A stretch of DNA of 64,000 bases, from assembly GCF_009834535.1 (NCBI RefSeq), contig NC_045697.1, positions 11,720,001 through 11,784,000 on the forward strand, read 5' to 3'. The DNA comes from Camelus ferus. Taxonomy: Eukaryota. This document shows positions 1-12,696 of this stretch, piece after piece. Positions within the stretch are counted from its first letter, which is position 1. The number at the start of each line of letters is the position of its first letter. Position numbers and translations under genes: made by a program. The notes under the pieces were generated by a model, which saw nothing but the letters and a program-made list of their open reading frames with translations, had not been told where the DNA came from and searched no databases.

Positions 1-5
1 GTTAG

Positions 6-535
6 TGTCACAGTTAGACCCTAAGGCAGTTCCCCCTATGATTTCCACCTCCTGATTTTCATAACCTTGCATAATCTCTTGCCCTTGAATGCAGGCAGGA
101 TCTGTGACTTGCTTCTAATCAATTCAATATGGCAAAGGTGATGGGTCGTCACTCCCTGTGATTAGGTTACATCGTATAAGGCTCCTTGCTGGCTGGATGA
201 AGTTCTCAGCCATGTGGAGGAAGCCCACACACCAAGGGACTACAGTTGACCGGGAGCTAAACGGCAGGGCCCTCGCTCATACAGTCATACAGCCCCAGGA
301 AATGAATTCTGCCAACAGCCTCCGCGAACTCGGAAGTAGATTCTTGCCTAGTCAAGTACCTGGATGAAAACACAACCTGGCTGACACCTTGACTGTAGCC
401 TTTTCAGACTCCAAGTAGAGGACCCAGCTAAGCTGCGCCTGAACTCCTGGCCCACAGAAACTGTGAAATAACAAATGTGTATTGGTTTCAGCTGCTCAAT
501 TTGTGGTAATTTGTGGCAATAGAAAACTAACACCA
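6..535 (+). mobile_element. MaLR solo LTR, MLT1F/G-like
   Basis: MLT1 hallmarks 'gtgacttgcttctaatc...aatatggcaaaggtgatgg', 'gaaatgaattctgccaacagcc' and 3' end 'ttgtggtaatttg...aatagaaaactaa'. Confidence 0.85.
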
Positions 536-868
536 CAAACTATAGCCTATGAGCCAAATCGGTCCTGCTGCCTATTTTTGTACACCCTGCAAGCTAAGGA
601 TCATTTTTTACATTTTGAAGTCATTAAAATAAATCAAAAGAAGAATATTTGGTGACACATGAAAATTATATGTGAAATTCCAATTTCAGTGTCCCTAAGT
701 AGTTTTATTGGAAGACAGCCACACACATTCCTTTGTGTCTTCTCTGGGGCTGCTCACACACTACAATGGCACAATTGCGTAGGTGTGACTGAGACCAGAT
801 AAACCAAAGAGCCTAAAATATTTACTATCTGGCCTTTTCAGAAAAAAAAAAAAAAGTGGTGGCCCTTG
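536..868 (+). mobile_element. MER58B-like hAT-Charlie non-autonomous DNA transposon
   Basis: 'caaactatagcc...gccaaatc', 'ttttattggaagacagccacac', 'agcctaaaatatttactatctggcc'. Confidence 0.85.
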
Positions 869-1758
869 ATTTATTGGAAGGGACAGATATATAAACAGAT
901 AAATTATAAGTTCAGAAGAGGCAGGGAAGCTGGATCCTACTGTTGAGTAAGAGAATTTTCCAGATGGAAAGAGAAGGAAGGATATCACAGAGGAGGGGTC
1001 AAAAGTGGAAAAATCATGGAGATATGAAAGGGTTCAGTGATCAGAAAGCGGTGAGAAACTCCCAAAAGCCTGGAGTCCTGCCCACCATTCTACAGCTCGG
1101 TGGATTTCTGAAGCCCCAGTTGAGTGCTGTTAGATCAGACACCAAGCTTTGGGGAAATTATTGCATATAATAAGATCTGCAGCTTAATCCATATCTCTAC
1201 ACTTTTATTGTGGTTTGCCCGGGGCTCTTGGCCAAATCATGTCACACATGCTTCTGCCGAAATGAGTCTGATGATACAACTGCATCCTCGCTTCCAAAAG
1301 CCGTAAAATCTGCAAATGATTACTTTCCAAATTGGAAAGCATTAATATTGCTCTGCCATTCTTGTTTAGGGTGTTGGGGGCGGGGGTCAGATACCTCTAC
1401 AGTCGAGTGCCTACAGATCATAGTCTGTTATTGGGTTAAAGATTCAGTTTCACCTCATTTTTTTCGAATGCTCTACTCCAACCTTCTCTGACACATCTGT
1501 TCATTTGTAACTGGCACTGAAGTTTGAAAAAAATGCACATGGTCAAAGCACCACCCAGGGAAGATCAGTTAGCTGGCTCTGAGAGACCTTACAGGGTAAA
1601 TTTGTCAGGGTCTGGCTGTCAGCTTCTAAGTCTAGAATCCCCTCATCAGTGTCATTTCTGTCTGATCAGTATCATCATTGTTGTATCTCTCAGATTTTAT
1701 CAAGGGCAGTAGCGTTGGGTGCCTCCAAACTAAGTGACCCCAAACCACTGCCCATTCT

Positions 1759-1788
1759 GTGACTGCACATTACGTGACTGCACATTAC
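1759..1788. repeat. Perfect 15-bp tandem duplication (gtgactgcacattac)x2
   Basis: Directly visible at 1759-1773 and 1774-1788. Confidence 0.95.
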
Positions 1789-2506
1789 AGTTTTTCTCTC
1801 TCCTTTGTGTTCTTGGATGTGTGGGCACCTCTCCTTTCCATTGGTCTCCTTCCAGTAGATCCACATTGCCCATTTCTAAATTGCTAAGAGCCAGAGGGAT
1901 AATTCAGGCCTTAAAATTGTGTATAAAACAACAATCCACAAACAGTGAGGGTCTAGAGGGTTCATCAGTTACTTAAATTGCAGGAGTTTACTATCTTCAG
2001 CTGGTGTCCCCCCTTCGGCTGCTCAGAGGGCTTTTATCCTCTTGCCTAGTTACCAGTTATGTCCCAGGTAGCTAAGTTCCATGCAGGTTAGAAGCTACTT
2101 CTCTGCTCTTGAGACGCTCAGGGACAACAGAGCATGCTTGCCAAGGGAAAACACACCTCTCTCATGCAAATGATTTACCTTCATTCAGGACATAGATTTT
2201 ACAGATCGCTCTACCTATCTTATGGATTGTAAGACTTTCTATTCAATGTCCTTCAACTTAGATCAAAGATTGAGGAATTCAGCCAACTGATTAAACCAAG
2301 CTTGGCTGTCTGGATGCCAGAGTGTCCTCAGATAGTACTTCTCCCCTGCTACCACTTCCTTCCCTGGGCTCAGCCCAGCTAAACTGCCCCAGTTCAGGAG
2401 GTAGGAACTAGCAAGATCTTACTATTTACTATTACTTTATTTCAGTCTTAAAATATGGGAGGTAGGACAGAAAAGGGGCAGAGGATTCTATTCAAACATA
2501 CATGAA

Positions 2507-2619
2507 CTTAGTGACCCAGGGGCTGCCCTGCCCAGGACTGGGGAGGTTCCCAGGATGCAGGAATTTCAATGCTAAAACCAGAAAAGGTCCAGACAAACAG
2601 GGATAAACTGGCCTCCCTG
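2507..2619 (+). mobile_element. MER81-like hAT-Blackjack MITE
   Basis: 'ggactggggaggttcccaggatgcaggaatttcaatgctaaaaccag...caaacagggat' matches the MER81 core. Confidence 0.7.
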
Positions 2620-3190
2620 TATGTGATGCTAATCATGGCCATGATTTTTTTTTTTAGGAATCCATAACTGAACTGAAAAGGGAAAAAGAAGGTGATTTTC
2701 TAGCAAAAGTAAAAAGGGAAAAGTCATTAAGAGGCTCCAGGTGGTTCCATTGATTGGGAAAGTTTATCAGTGCATATCAGTTGCTCTGACCTATTTCTTC
2801 TGTACTTTCCAAATCTTCCTATGCCCTGAATTTCCCCTCTGAGCCCACACCTTTCTATTCTAGAATACAAACCTCCCTTGCCAATGTTGTTCATAATTTA
2901 AGACACTTCAACACAGAAAGTGCAGCACAAGGCTTGTGTTTGTCTCAGTTGACCTCCAGAAACCTTCTAACGGGGCTCACACTCCTGAGGGGGCTGCTAT
3001 GGAAGCACTTCTGTTGTCTCCATCACAATTAACACCAGAAGCTCTGATAATGAACATCATGAGGGTCAGAAATGAGCTGTCCCTGGTGAAATTGGTGTTT
3101 TGTTAATCAGCATCAGGGAAATTAGGAAGGGACTCTCCTTGGTGAAATTCAGGACATGTGAGTCAACAAATATTTGAGAGATGCTCCGGC

Positions 3191-3583
3191 TATATTACTT
3201 TCCTAACATTGCCATAACAAGGTAGCATAAAGTACAGTTCTTGAGGTGAGAAGCCTGAAATCAAGGTGTGGGCAGAGCCATGCTCCCTCTATAGTCTCTG
3301 GAGACAAATCCTTACTTCTTCCTAGCTCCTAGTGATTCTCCACAATCCTTTGTGCTCCTTGGTTTGTGGCTGCATCACTTCAAATTCTGCTTCCATTTTA
3401 TACATCCCGTCCTTTGTGTCTCACTGTCTTCACACAACCTTCTTATAAGGGCACAGGTCATTGGACCACCCTCATCCACTATGACCTCACTAACTACATC
3501 AGCAAAGACCCATTTCCAAATAAGGATCACTCTGAGGTTCCAGGTAGACATGAATTTGGGGGGACACTATTCAATCCAATACA
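3191..3583 (-). mobile_element. MaLR solo LTR, MLT1C-like
   Basis: 'gaaatcaaggtgtgggcagagccatgctccctct', 'ttccaaataagg', terminal 'gggggacactattcaatccaataca'. Confidence 0.85.
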
Positions 3584-4029
3584 CTGCCCATGCCTAAAGA
3601 AGGTATAAGACCCTAAAAAGCATCTAATTGTAGAAATGGTGTTTGAGACCTGATTTCTAACAGCGTCTAGCTATTGGGTCAGAGGATTTCTGGTTGCCTG
3701 ATAATAATTAGATAGCACTGTATGAACCTTTCATCAAAATGAAGGTCATACTACTGAAAAGGTCGGGAAGTTGAGGGTTCATGAGACTTTCAGAACATTT
3801 GAATGCATCATCTTGCCTGCTAGATATCACATGCTTGGTGAATAAATATCTGTATGTGTGCCAGAATTTGGTCTAACACTCGCTTTCATTATAAAACGTG
3901 GCAATGAAATTGTAAGAGAATGGTGGTCACTCTCACACATGCCAACAATTTGGTGGCTACTATTATCACAAAAAGAACTAAGGAGTTGGGCATAGGCAAA
4001 CTGATGTAAGTTGTACGCAACATCTTTAA

Positions 4030-5417
4030 CATCACTTCCTTCTCTCTCCTTCCCTTCCCAGCCAAACTTCCAAAAAGAATAGTCTACTCTCTCTTATATT
4101 CACTTCTACCCTTTCCATTCTCCCCTCAACCCATTGAAACTTGGCTTCTGCCACCATCAAACCAATAGAATGTGTTCTTCAAGGTCATCCAGGTTTTTTG
4201 AATTTCCAAACTCAATGGACGTTTTTCAGTCCTCTCTTAGGAACTGTCAGCAACATTGGACTCTGCTGAGCATTCATTTCCTCCCACAACCCTCCTTCCT
4301 CAGCTTCCATAACACACCTTCCCCCTAACCCTCCTACCTCTCAGAATATTGCCCCCTAGTCTCTTTCAAGGGTTCCTCACCTTCTAGCTACTCCTTTGTG
4401 CATGTATTTCTGAAAGTAATAGTCTGGACCCACTGTTGTTTTTATTCTACACATTCTCCCCAGATGGGTAATTCACTTGTCACTACTCTAAGCTGATGAC
4501 TTCAAAGTCATGTTTCTCTAAGCTTCCAATTTGCATGCCCAATATCTGCTCGATGTCTCTGCCTGGGTGACCCATGGGTATCTCAGATCTGCTTGCTTAA
4601 ATTGATCACAATGCTTCCCACCAATATCTAGTCTTACTCTTGGGTGGACATCAGGTGATGGCTGTACCAGACAAGGCAGAAACTTGACCAATCCCTCTCC
4701 TTCCCCACTCACATCCAATCACCAAGTCCTCAACCCATCTCTTCTCTTCCACTACAACGGCCCCTGTGCTGCTGGGGGAGCCTACCCTCTTGCCTCAAGT
4801 CTTAGCCCCTCAAATCTGCCTTCCATACAGATTGTCCAACACAAGAACTGTGTTAGAAACTCACTTACGGATCTGCAATAACCCGCTTCCCTTTCTGAAA
4901 GCAGGATTTCCCAACCTTGGCACTATTGACATTTAGAGCCAGAAAATTCTCTGTTGAGAGCCACGGTCCCTGCATTGTCAGATGTTTAGCCACATCTTTG
5001 TGTTACGCACCACCACCACCCCCGCCACCGGTTGTGACAGTCAAAATTATCTCCAAATACCACCTAATGTCTCCTGGAGGGATGCAAAATCACTCTGACT
5101 TGAGAAGCACTGACCTGAACAACAAAGCCAAAATCCTAATGTATCAAAAATGGCCCTTCATCAGCTGGGCCCTGGCTACCTGCTGACCCTGCCTCTTCCT
5201 TCTCCCTGTGGTATAACTGATAGTCTATGAAAATACAATTATAACCTAATATACTGCTTCATAATTAATTCTGCGTGTGTCTGCATTTCCCAGGAACCGT
5301 GTGCTCCCTGAGTCTGTAGGACCATCACTTATTCCTCTACATCTTCTAAGTGTGTAACAGGTGTAGTGCCTGGCAATTGTCAGTATTTAATGTCGTTGGA
5401 TAAATGAACAAATGAAT
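4030..5417 (+). mobile_element. L2 LINE remnant (3' part), interrupted by MER20
   Basis: Pyrimidine-rich L2 ORF2 motifs ('cttggcttctgccaccatc', 'cagcaacattggactctgctga') ending in an L2 tail 'taaatgaacaaatgaat'. Confidence 0.8.
4902..5112 (+). mobile_element. MER20 hAT-Charlie
   Basis: Ends 'caggatttcccaaccttggcactattgacattt' and 'ttgagaagcactg'; ~210 bp. Confidence 0.9.
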
Positions 5418-5704
5418 TGGAGAGGAGCCTACTGCTGCCCCATCTCTGATGAGATAAAGCCACATACTTGCCTCTTCAACTTTTGAGAACTTCACCAAGT
5501 GTATTCCTAGGTTACTCTCTGTGTCAAGGTGTACACTTTACCTTCCCAGAATATAATATCTTCCAAAACAAATATCTTTGAATTAAGCTTCTTTTCTAAA
5601 TCTCATGTCTCCCACCACAATGCTGAGCTCATAATGTAGCTTAACAAAGACTTTGAGAAACACATCAGCTCTCTTTAAAAACTTCAACTATGGAATACGA
5701 GGCT

Positions 5705-6490
5705 GGCTGAGGTAGTTATTAAGCACATAGATTCCAGAATCTGACAATCTAAATTCCAATCCCAGTTTTTATATACCTTTTACTAGCTGAAGAACCTTAG
5801 AATAATTCATTTAACATATCTAAGTTTGTTTCTTTGCGGGGCAAAATGAAGATAGTCTTAGTACTTACCTCTTTCATTAAAAAAAATTCATTGATTATTT
5901 ATTATAAAGCCAAGCACTGGAGGTACAATTGAGATCAAAACAAAGTTTCTTCCCTCACTGGAGCTTGTATTTTAACAGATAAAAACAAACTGTAAACATG
6001 TAACAGATAACGCAATTCCTGACAATGGAAAGAGCTGCAGGGAAAATTCAGCAGCGCATTGGGATGCAGGTGAGAGAAACTTAGAAAAAATTATCAATGA
6101 AAACCTCATTGAGGACGGACTTGCTCTCCTAAATTACAGAAGGTGTTGTGAAGAGAAAGTGAAATGCATGCATTCAAATCGCTAAATATTGAATATTCAT
6201 AAATATTCTGTAAATATTTACTATTGCTCTTACAGGGAATCCCCACTAGAGAGCCCTACCACTCAGTGAGTCCTGGCTGTGTGCAGGCACGTGGCTCATC
6301 GTTTTACATGTAATTTCCACTTATCTTCCCAAAAGAAACAACCTTGAAGAACAGGTATTACTGGCTCCATTTTCCAACATTGAGGCTCAGAGAGCAGCTG
6401 GCCCGGGCGTCACACGGCTGGTAAGTGGTAGCGCTGTGCAGGTCTGCCCAACATCACATCTGTGCCTTTTCAGTCAGATCATGCTGCCTC
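5705..6490. mobile_element. Cluster of MIR SINE and L2 fragments
   Basis: MIR cores ('aattccaatcccag', 'tgaggctcagagag...gtcacacggctggtaagtgg') and an antisense L2 tail ('ttcattgattatttatt...ccctcactggagcttg'). Confidence 0.65.
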
Positions 6491-6499
6491 TTTCTTCGC

Positions 6500-6565
6500 A
6501 CTGACTTCCCTCAAAAACAAAGAGAGATGAACACAGCAGTCAAAGATCAATAAAGGTCTTTATTG
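6500..6565 (-). terminator. Candidate polyadenylation site: AATAAA plus downstream GU/U-rich element
   Basis: Minus-strand AATAAA at 6559-6564, followed ~25-55 nt downstream by 'tgtgttcatctctctttgtttttg'. Confidence 0.45.
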
Positions 6566-7337
6566 GTTGAGAAGCACTGACCTGGAGAAAGGGGAAAGAG
6601 AAAGATCTATGCAAAGTTCGTGGTTCACAACTTGGAGTCAAAAGCCCTGACAAGCCACCGAGTGAGCAAGACCCTCACATCAAAGGAAAATTCTTTGGAA
6701 ATGTTTTCAGAGACGGTCCAGCCTACTGCTCCATCCTGGGGCTGCAGGCCTCCGAGAGTCCCATGAAATCAAAGCTCAAAGCAGCGACACTTCATTGCTG
6801 TGAAACAGAACTGAGACTGGAACCCTTCCTCCAGGCCCCCTCAGGGCAGAAGTAGGTGGAAATTTTCACTCTGGGAGTCCAACAGAATTTATTTTCAGTA
6901 AACAATTTTCTGGTTTTTCCCCCGACACACCAAAGACTCTGCCCAGAGAAGCAGGTAAAGGGACCCCAAAGCTTCCATTTCAGGAATCTGGAGGGTAAGG
7001 ATGCACCTTGAATTCAATCCAAGTCGTACCTTACAGAGTCAGCGGAATGGACAGCCTGACTGCTCTGTGGATATATCAGCAGCTTGTGGGGCGAACACAA
7101 CCAGTCCGCACTAACTCTGGAGACAAGAAATGTGGGAAATAAACTCCAGACGGTTCATCCTGTCATCCACCAAACATTGATTAAACATTAATATCGTGTC
7201 TGACTTACAAGGAAGACACATGCTGCAGTATTGTTCATACTGTTGCTTTACCTAACTCGATTTGCATTTTGACCAAGATCAAACACAATTGTGTCATATT
7301 TATTGTAAAAACACATTCTGCATTTTTCAAATTAAAG

Positions 7338-7536
7338 CAGTGGTGTGCTTGTAAAGGTCTGCCAGTTGTCCAAGTTGGAGTGGGTGGTGAGAAGCTTGAT
7401 ATAAGGTGTTTGCCAATTTCCATGGTGTAAATATTTCCACCACAGCCTGTTTTGAGCTACTGCTGTGAAATCACTGAGATGAGGAGTTGGGAGGAGAAAC
7501 CAGGAGCCAGGGCGAGCCAGCTCCAGCACACCACTG
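7338..7536 (+). mobile_element. MER63A-like hAT-Blackjack MITE
   Basis: Perfect 12-bp TIRs cagtggtgtgct / agcacaccactg; internal 'tttgccaatttccatggtgtaaata'. Confidence 0.9.
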
Positions 7537-7837
7537 AAAACTAGAAGTTTGCTAGTGAAGTCTTTTCCCCCAAAGCTTATAAAGAAGTGAACTGTAGTCC
7601 ACAAATTCCAAGTTAAGAAGACAGCATAATGTAATAGCAAAAGCATGAAGCGAAATTCAGATCCCTGAGTTCTAGGCTTGGCTTTGCCTCAGATATCCTG
7701 TGTGATTTGGGATTAGTCTTTTTTCCCACTCTGAGCCCAAGTGTCTCATGTCTAAAAGGCAGGACTGAGACCACAGCAGTACTGTTCAATCACGACTATG
7801 CATTTGAATCACTGGGGATTTTTTTAAAAACTATGCT

Positions 7838-8255
7838 GTCATTTCCATTGCCGTTACATTATGTAAGACTCCATCCTGACTCCATCCTCTCTCTTGCTGG
7901 AAGCTTCCGTGCTGTGAGCTGCCTGCGGAGGCACCACGTGGCAGAAACCTGGGGGAGACACCCTGGAGCCCAGAGCAGCCTCCAGCCAACAGCCAGCAAA
8001 CAGCTTTAGTTCTCAGTCCTGCAACCACAAAGACATCACTTCTGCCAACAACATGGATGAATTTGGAAGCAGACTCTTCTCTAGTTGAGCCTCCAGAAGC
8101 CATGCAGCCCAGCTGACACCTGATTACAGCTTCATGAGACCCTAAAATAGAGAACACAGTGAAGTTGTGCCGGCCCCTGATCCAGAGACTCTAAGATAAC
8201 AATGTAAGCTGCTATGTTGGAGGTAATTTATTATAAAGCATACAAAATATATACA
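7838..8255 (+). mobile_element. MaLR LTR, MLT1F/G-like (5'-truncated)
   Basis: 'gttacattatgtaagactcc', 'cagcctccagccaacagccagc', 'cagcccagctgacacctgatt'. Confidence 0.8.
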
Positions 8256-8613
8256 TCCAAAAACACTAGAACTTCACTCAACTAGAGGTCCTCAGGCATC
8301 TGAGGAAACAGCAGATTCACGTTTCCCTTTCTAAGCTCACGCCAGGGCGTCAGCTCACTGCACGGAATGCCTGGCAGAATTACTCACGCTTAAAAATATA
8401 CTTGATTCCTTTTTTTTTTTTTTTTGATCTTTAGTTTGTTAAATTCTATTAAGTGTGCCAATGATGTGACCTTATTATAAAATTATATTATACTTCATAG
8501 TTTATACATTTTTATTTCCTAATCTTTACCACGTCCCTGTGTGGTCTCTTTATTGTATTAGTTTTCTTTTGCTGGGTAAAAAAATTGCCACAAACTCAGA
8601 GGCTTAAAAGCAC

Positions 8614-8693
8614 GTATTCATTCACAATAGCAAAAAGGTGGAAGCAACTCAGGTGTCCATTGAGAAGTTAATAAATAAATAAAATAAAAATAA

Positions 8694-8741
<48 letters not shown>

Positions 8742-9136
8742 CCAATGGAATATTATACAGGCTTAAAAAGGAAGGAGCTTCTGGCACGTGCTACAACACG
8801 GATGAACTGTGAAGACTTACACTAAGTGAAATAAGTTGGTCACAACAAGACAAATGCTGTATGATTCTGTTTTGATGAAGTATCTGTATTAGTCAAATTC
8901 ATGGAACAGAAAATGGAATAGCGTTTGACAGGGCTAGGGGAGGGGGAAATAGGAAGCTGCTATTTCACGGGTACAGAGTTTTCAGTTTTGCAGGATGAAA
9001 ACATTCTGGAGATTAGTTGTACAGAATGTGAATATACTTAACACAACTGAACTTAATAATAGTTAAGATGATAAATTGCATATTATGTGTATTTTACCAT
9101 AATTTTTGAAAATTTTTAACTAATTACCAAAAAAAA
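8614..9136 (+). mobile_element. L1MB-like 3' end containing a (CA)n tract (~8697-8739)
   Basis: 'attcacaatagcaaaaaggtggaagcaac', 'gggtacagagttttcagttttgcaggatgaaaacattctggag', A-rich tail. Confidence 0.85.
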
Positions 9137-9370
9137 GTATTTATTATCTAACAGCTTCCACGGGTCAGGAGTCCAGGCTCGGCCTGGCTGCCTTCTGCTC
9201 AGGGTCTCGGGAGGCAGCATTTTCATGTGGGGGTTCAACTGGCAAAGAATCGACTTCCAAGCTCATGCAAGTTGTTGGCAGCGTTCATCTCCCTGCATTC
9301 TTGCTTCCCACCAGCCGGAGCTGCTCTCAGCTCTCAGATGCTGCCTGTGATTCCTTGCAGTGGGATCCTC

Positions 9371-9738
9371 TGTCTCAGTCTGTTGTGGTTGCTATAAAAA
9401 TGACCCTAGTCTGGGAGGCTTGAATAATAATGACTCATTTCTCAGAGTTCTACAGGCTGGGAAGTCCAACACCAAGGCAGCAGCAGATCTGGTGTCTGGG
9501 GACAGCCCGCTGCCTGGTCATGGATGCCATCTTCTCATGGTCGCCCTGCGTCCTCACATGACAGAAAGGATGAGGGAGCTCTCTGGGATCTCTTCTGTGA
9601 GGTCCCTAAACCCATTCATACTCCACCCTCATGACCTGGTCCCCTCCCAGTGGCCCCACCCCAAATAACATCACTTTGGGGATTAAATTTCAACATATGG
9701 ACTTGGGGTGGGGGGAAACAAACTCTCAGTATATAGCA
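9371..9738 (-). mobile_element. MLT1A0-like solo LTR
   Basis: TG...CA ends; near-TSD tcctc/ccctc; 'ggctgggaagtccaacaccaaggc', 'tttcaacatatgg'. Confidence 0.85.
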
Positions 9739-11479
9739 CCCTCTCCACCAGACCTCTCATAAGACGGCAGGTTACTTCTTCAAAGCCGGTAAGGCTGGTC
9801 TCTTTTCAGCCTGCAAAGACAATCTGAGATAATGTAATCTAGTCAAGGAACTGACATCTCCATACCTTTGCCATGTTCTCTCAGCTAGAGGCAGCTCACA
9901 GGTTCCTCCCACCTTCAGACAGAGGGATGTAACAAGGTTGTGTTCACTGGGAGTCACCTTCCGCATGTCCGCCACAACTGGGGACCCCGTGTCACACATA
10001 AGAAAATCAAAGCTTAGCAAGGTTATGTGCACATCCAAGGTCACCCATCCAGCAACAGGCTGAATGGAGACCTCCAGCTACTGACTTCTGAATGCAACGT
10101 CCAGGCTCCATTCGGTCCTCAGGCGTAGGAGCCAACAGGCACTCAGTGGAACAGGACTGAGGCAGCCAATCTCCTTTTACTTGTGGCAGCAAAGACACCC
10201 AAACCTTAAGAAACAGCCCTCAAGTCTCAGCAGGAAATTGGCTGGATGATGTGGCTTTTGTGTTTCTCTTCAGTACTCCCGAGTTCAACGTCAGCAATCA
10301 GGATTTTAGGAACCTATTCTGAAGTCCAATAAATAATTTTGTTTGTAAAAATACTTTGAAAACAGTAAATCACAGTTTGATCGCTTTTAAAATGACTGCA
10401 TGTTTAGCCAATTCTTTGAAAGGAAACAGTACCTGACTTGTTAAAAATCACTTCTCTTAGAAGTGAGATTGAGATCATATCAGAGAATCTTGGAACCCAA
10501 TTAGAACACGTAGTGCTCATTCAGCGTCAAAGAAAGAAAATCTTCCAGCAAAGTAAATAGAGGTGAAGAGATTTACAAAATAAAATTAGCAAGGGACGAT
10601 GAAAACAAACTAGTGAGATCAGCTTAGAATTTACTTTTGATTTATGCATAACACTCAGAAGATTTCCACCTTCCAAACCTGCTCAAGGTCACCTCCCAGG
10701 ATTCTTCTCTGCTGGACAAAACTCAGATGCTTTTCCTTGTCACTGTGATAATATTCAGTGACAGAAAAAGGAAATCTATTCCTCACACTGGTAAAACTGG
10801 GAATTTACTTAGACAGTTATTTTTCATATTTATTCCCACTTAATAATTATTGCAGGGTATTTGAAAGTCATGAATATCTCAGCTAACTTAGAAGAGATTG
10901 GCATTCGTCCAAATGTATGCTTTCCAATAGAATGTCTTAAAACAGGAATAAAGGAAAGCGTGGATGGATGGCCCCTTCTCGTAGTAAAAATGAAGAGATC
11001 AAATATCATATTGTGGAGGAAAATGTCACCAAGGAAAACTATGTGCTTTTGTTTCTAAGTTAATTACAAGATCCTTACCTCTCAAGTTCATTTCCTATTC
11101 AGCCTTATTGAAATATGCTGTTGTGAATAAAAGTTCATTTTGAAATCAAGCTCAAGAAGCAAGTGGCTCCCAGACACATATGGTATAAACCTTACAGGTT
11201 CTTCAGCTATAAAGACCAATGTTGGGGGCAGGTCCTGGTCTGGTGTCCCTTCCTGTGTGGGTATCTCCACCTCAGATATTGGAAAGCAAGCTACTTTTTT
11301 TGTTTGTTTGTTTCCACTTAGAAACAGCTTCAGCATGGCTTCATCTCCAGTTAGCATCCCCACCATGGTAAGAAGAGAGAATTTTAGCCTTCCCATTCAT
11401 CATCATACCAACCAGCTACCACAGGGCACAGCCGTGCTGAGCCCAGGAGCTGTCACTGATCATCGAAAGGGATTATGGA

Positions 11480-12260
11480 GTGGCATTAAGTGTGCCGATT
11501 GTGGAGGCAGACTGTGTGGGTTTGACACAGTGGTAGGATTTCAGGCAACTTGCTCAACCACTCTGTTCCTCGGTTTTCATATCTGAAAGATGGGATGACA
11601 GGAACACTCGCCTTATAGGTTGTTGTGAATACTAAATGGCTTGATTTATCCAAAGCACTTGGAACAGTGTTTGGTGCTATGTAAGTATTTGCTGTCATGA
11701 TTCTTTCTTTTTCTACAACATGAAAGAAGCTAAATGCATGTTGATTGACCAACTGACAATACAAGTGACAGTAAATTATTAAAGAGCTAAGATCCTCATG
11801 ATCTGATCCCTACTTACATGTCCAACCTTACTTCCTACCTCCCCACTCCCTTCTCAAGTCTGTGCTCCACCCTCACGAAGCCTCTTTCAGTTTCATAAAC
11901 TCTCCATCTTCTCCTTATCTTTGCCCTTTGCACCTGCTGTGCTTCTGCTTGGAACACTGACACCCACAGCCACCCTCAACATGGCTCACCTCACTGCCTC
12001 CAGGAAGCCTTCCTTGACCCCAGGCTCAATTATGTGGCCCTCTCTCTGCTCCCATGCGCCCCTGGACCCTACGTGACATCACTTGATGTTCTGTATTATG
12101 ATGGTATATTTGTTTCCTCTCCTATTGTCGAGTGAGATCCTTGAAAAGACAACCTGGGCCATGTTCACTGGCTTCCTCTACCTGGCACATGACTTGGCAC
12201 TTAGTAGGTGTTCAATATGGACATGCTTTTGTCGAATGAATGGACAAATGAATAAATTGG
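11480..12260 (+). mobile_element. MIR (11480-11700) followed by an L2 3' end (11790-12260)
   Basis: MIR core 'ctctgttcctcggttttcatatctgaaagatggg'; L2 'ctccaggaagccttccttgacc' and tail 'gaatgaatggacaaatgaataaa'. Confidence 0.8.
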
Positions 12261-12532
12261 AATGCCTACTAATATCTGCTATTTCAAAGAGTCACTACTA
12301 TGGGCAAGAGTGAAAGAACTAATTTTAAAAATCTTACAATCCAATTAGGAAGATAAGTGGATGAAAAGTTAAATAATTATAAAAGATTCAAATACTTAGG
12401 TAATTACAAATAAAAGTTAAACCCTCTAACACTTATCACTAACCATGATATCATGGTGGCCAGCTAACTCCAAACTCCACTGGAAATATTACAGAGCACA
12501 AAGCCTTCTACATGGGTCCAGAAATTAAGACT

Positions 12533-12696
12533 CATATTTCATTGATGATAATACATTTTCTCAAATTTTAACATCTCAATGATGCATCTTATAAACAATG
12601 GTGTGTCATAGTTTAAGCTGAAACATCTTTCTTTCTTAGTGGTACCTAAAACAATGGTGCATCTTACAGTCCATGGTGTGCAATGAAATTCCATGG
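12533..12696 (-). mobile_element. MER104-like TcMar-Tc2 MITE
   Basis: 'ttttaacatctc...atgcatctta...ggtgtgtcatagtttaa...tttcttagtggtac...aatggtgcatcttaca'. Confidence 0.75.

Larger units (their letters stand above)
8554..9976 (-). mobile_element. MLT1E-like LTR split by two later insertions
   Basis: Three colinear pieces (8554-8612, 9137-9370, 9744-9976) from 'tgtattagtttt' to 'gtccgccaca'. Confidence 0.75.

Noticed and set aside
6988..7029. GT-AG intron joining the 87-nt candidate exon to a downstream open frame
   Set aside because: Only 42 nt, below the practical minimum for mammalian spliceosomal introns
11088..11586. Overlapping 148-aa and 102-aa ORFs
   Set aside because: No recognisable domain; the longer one has a TTG start and runs into a MIR
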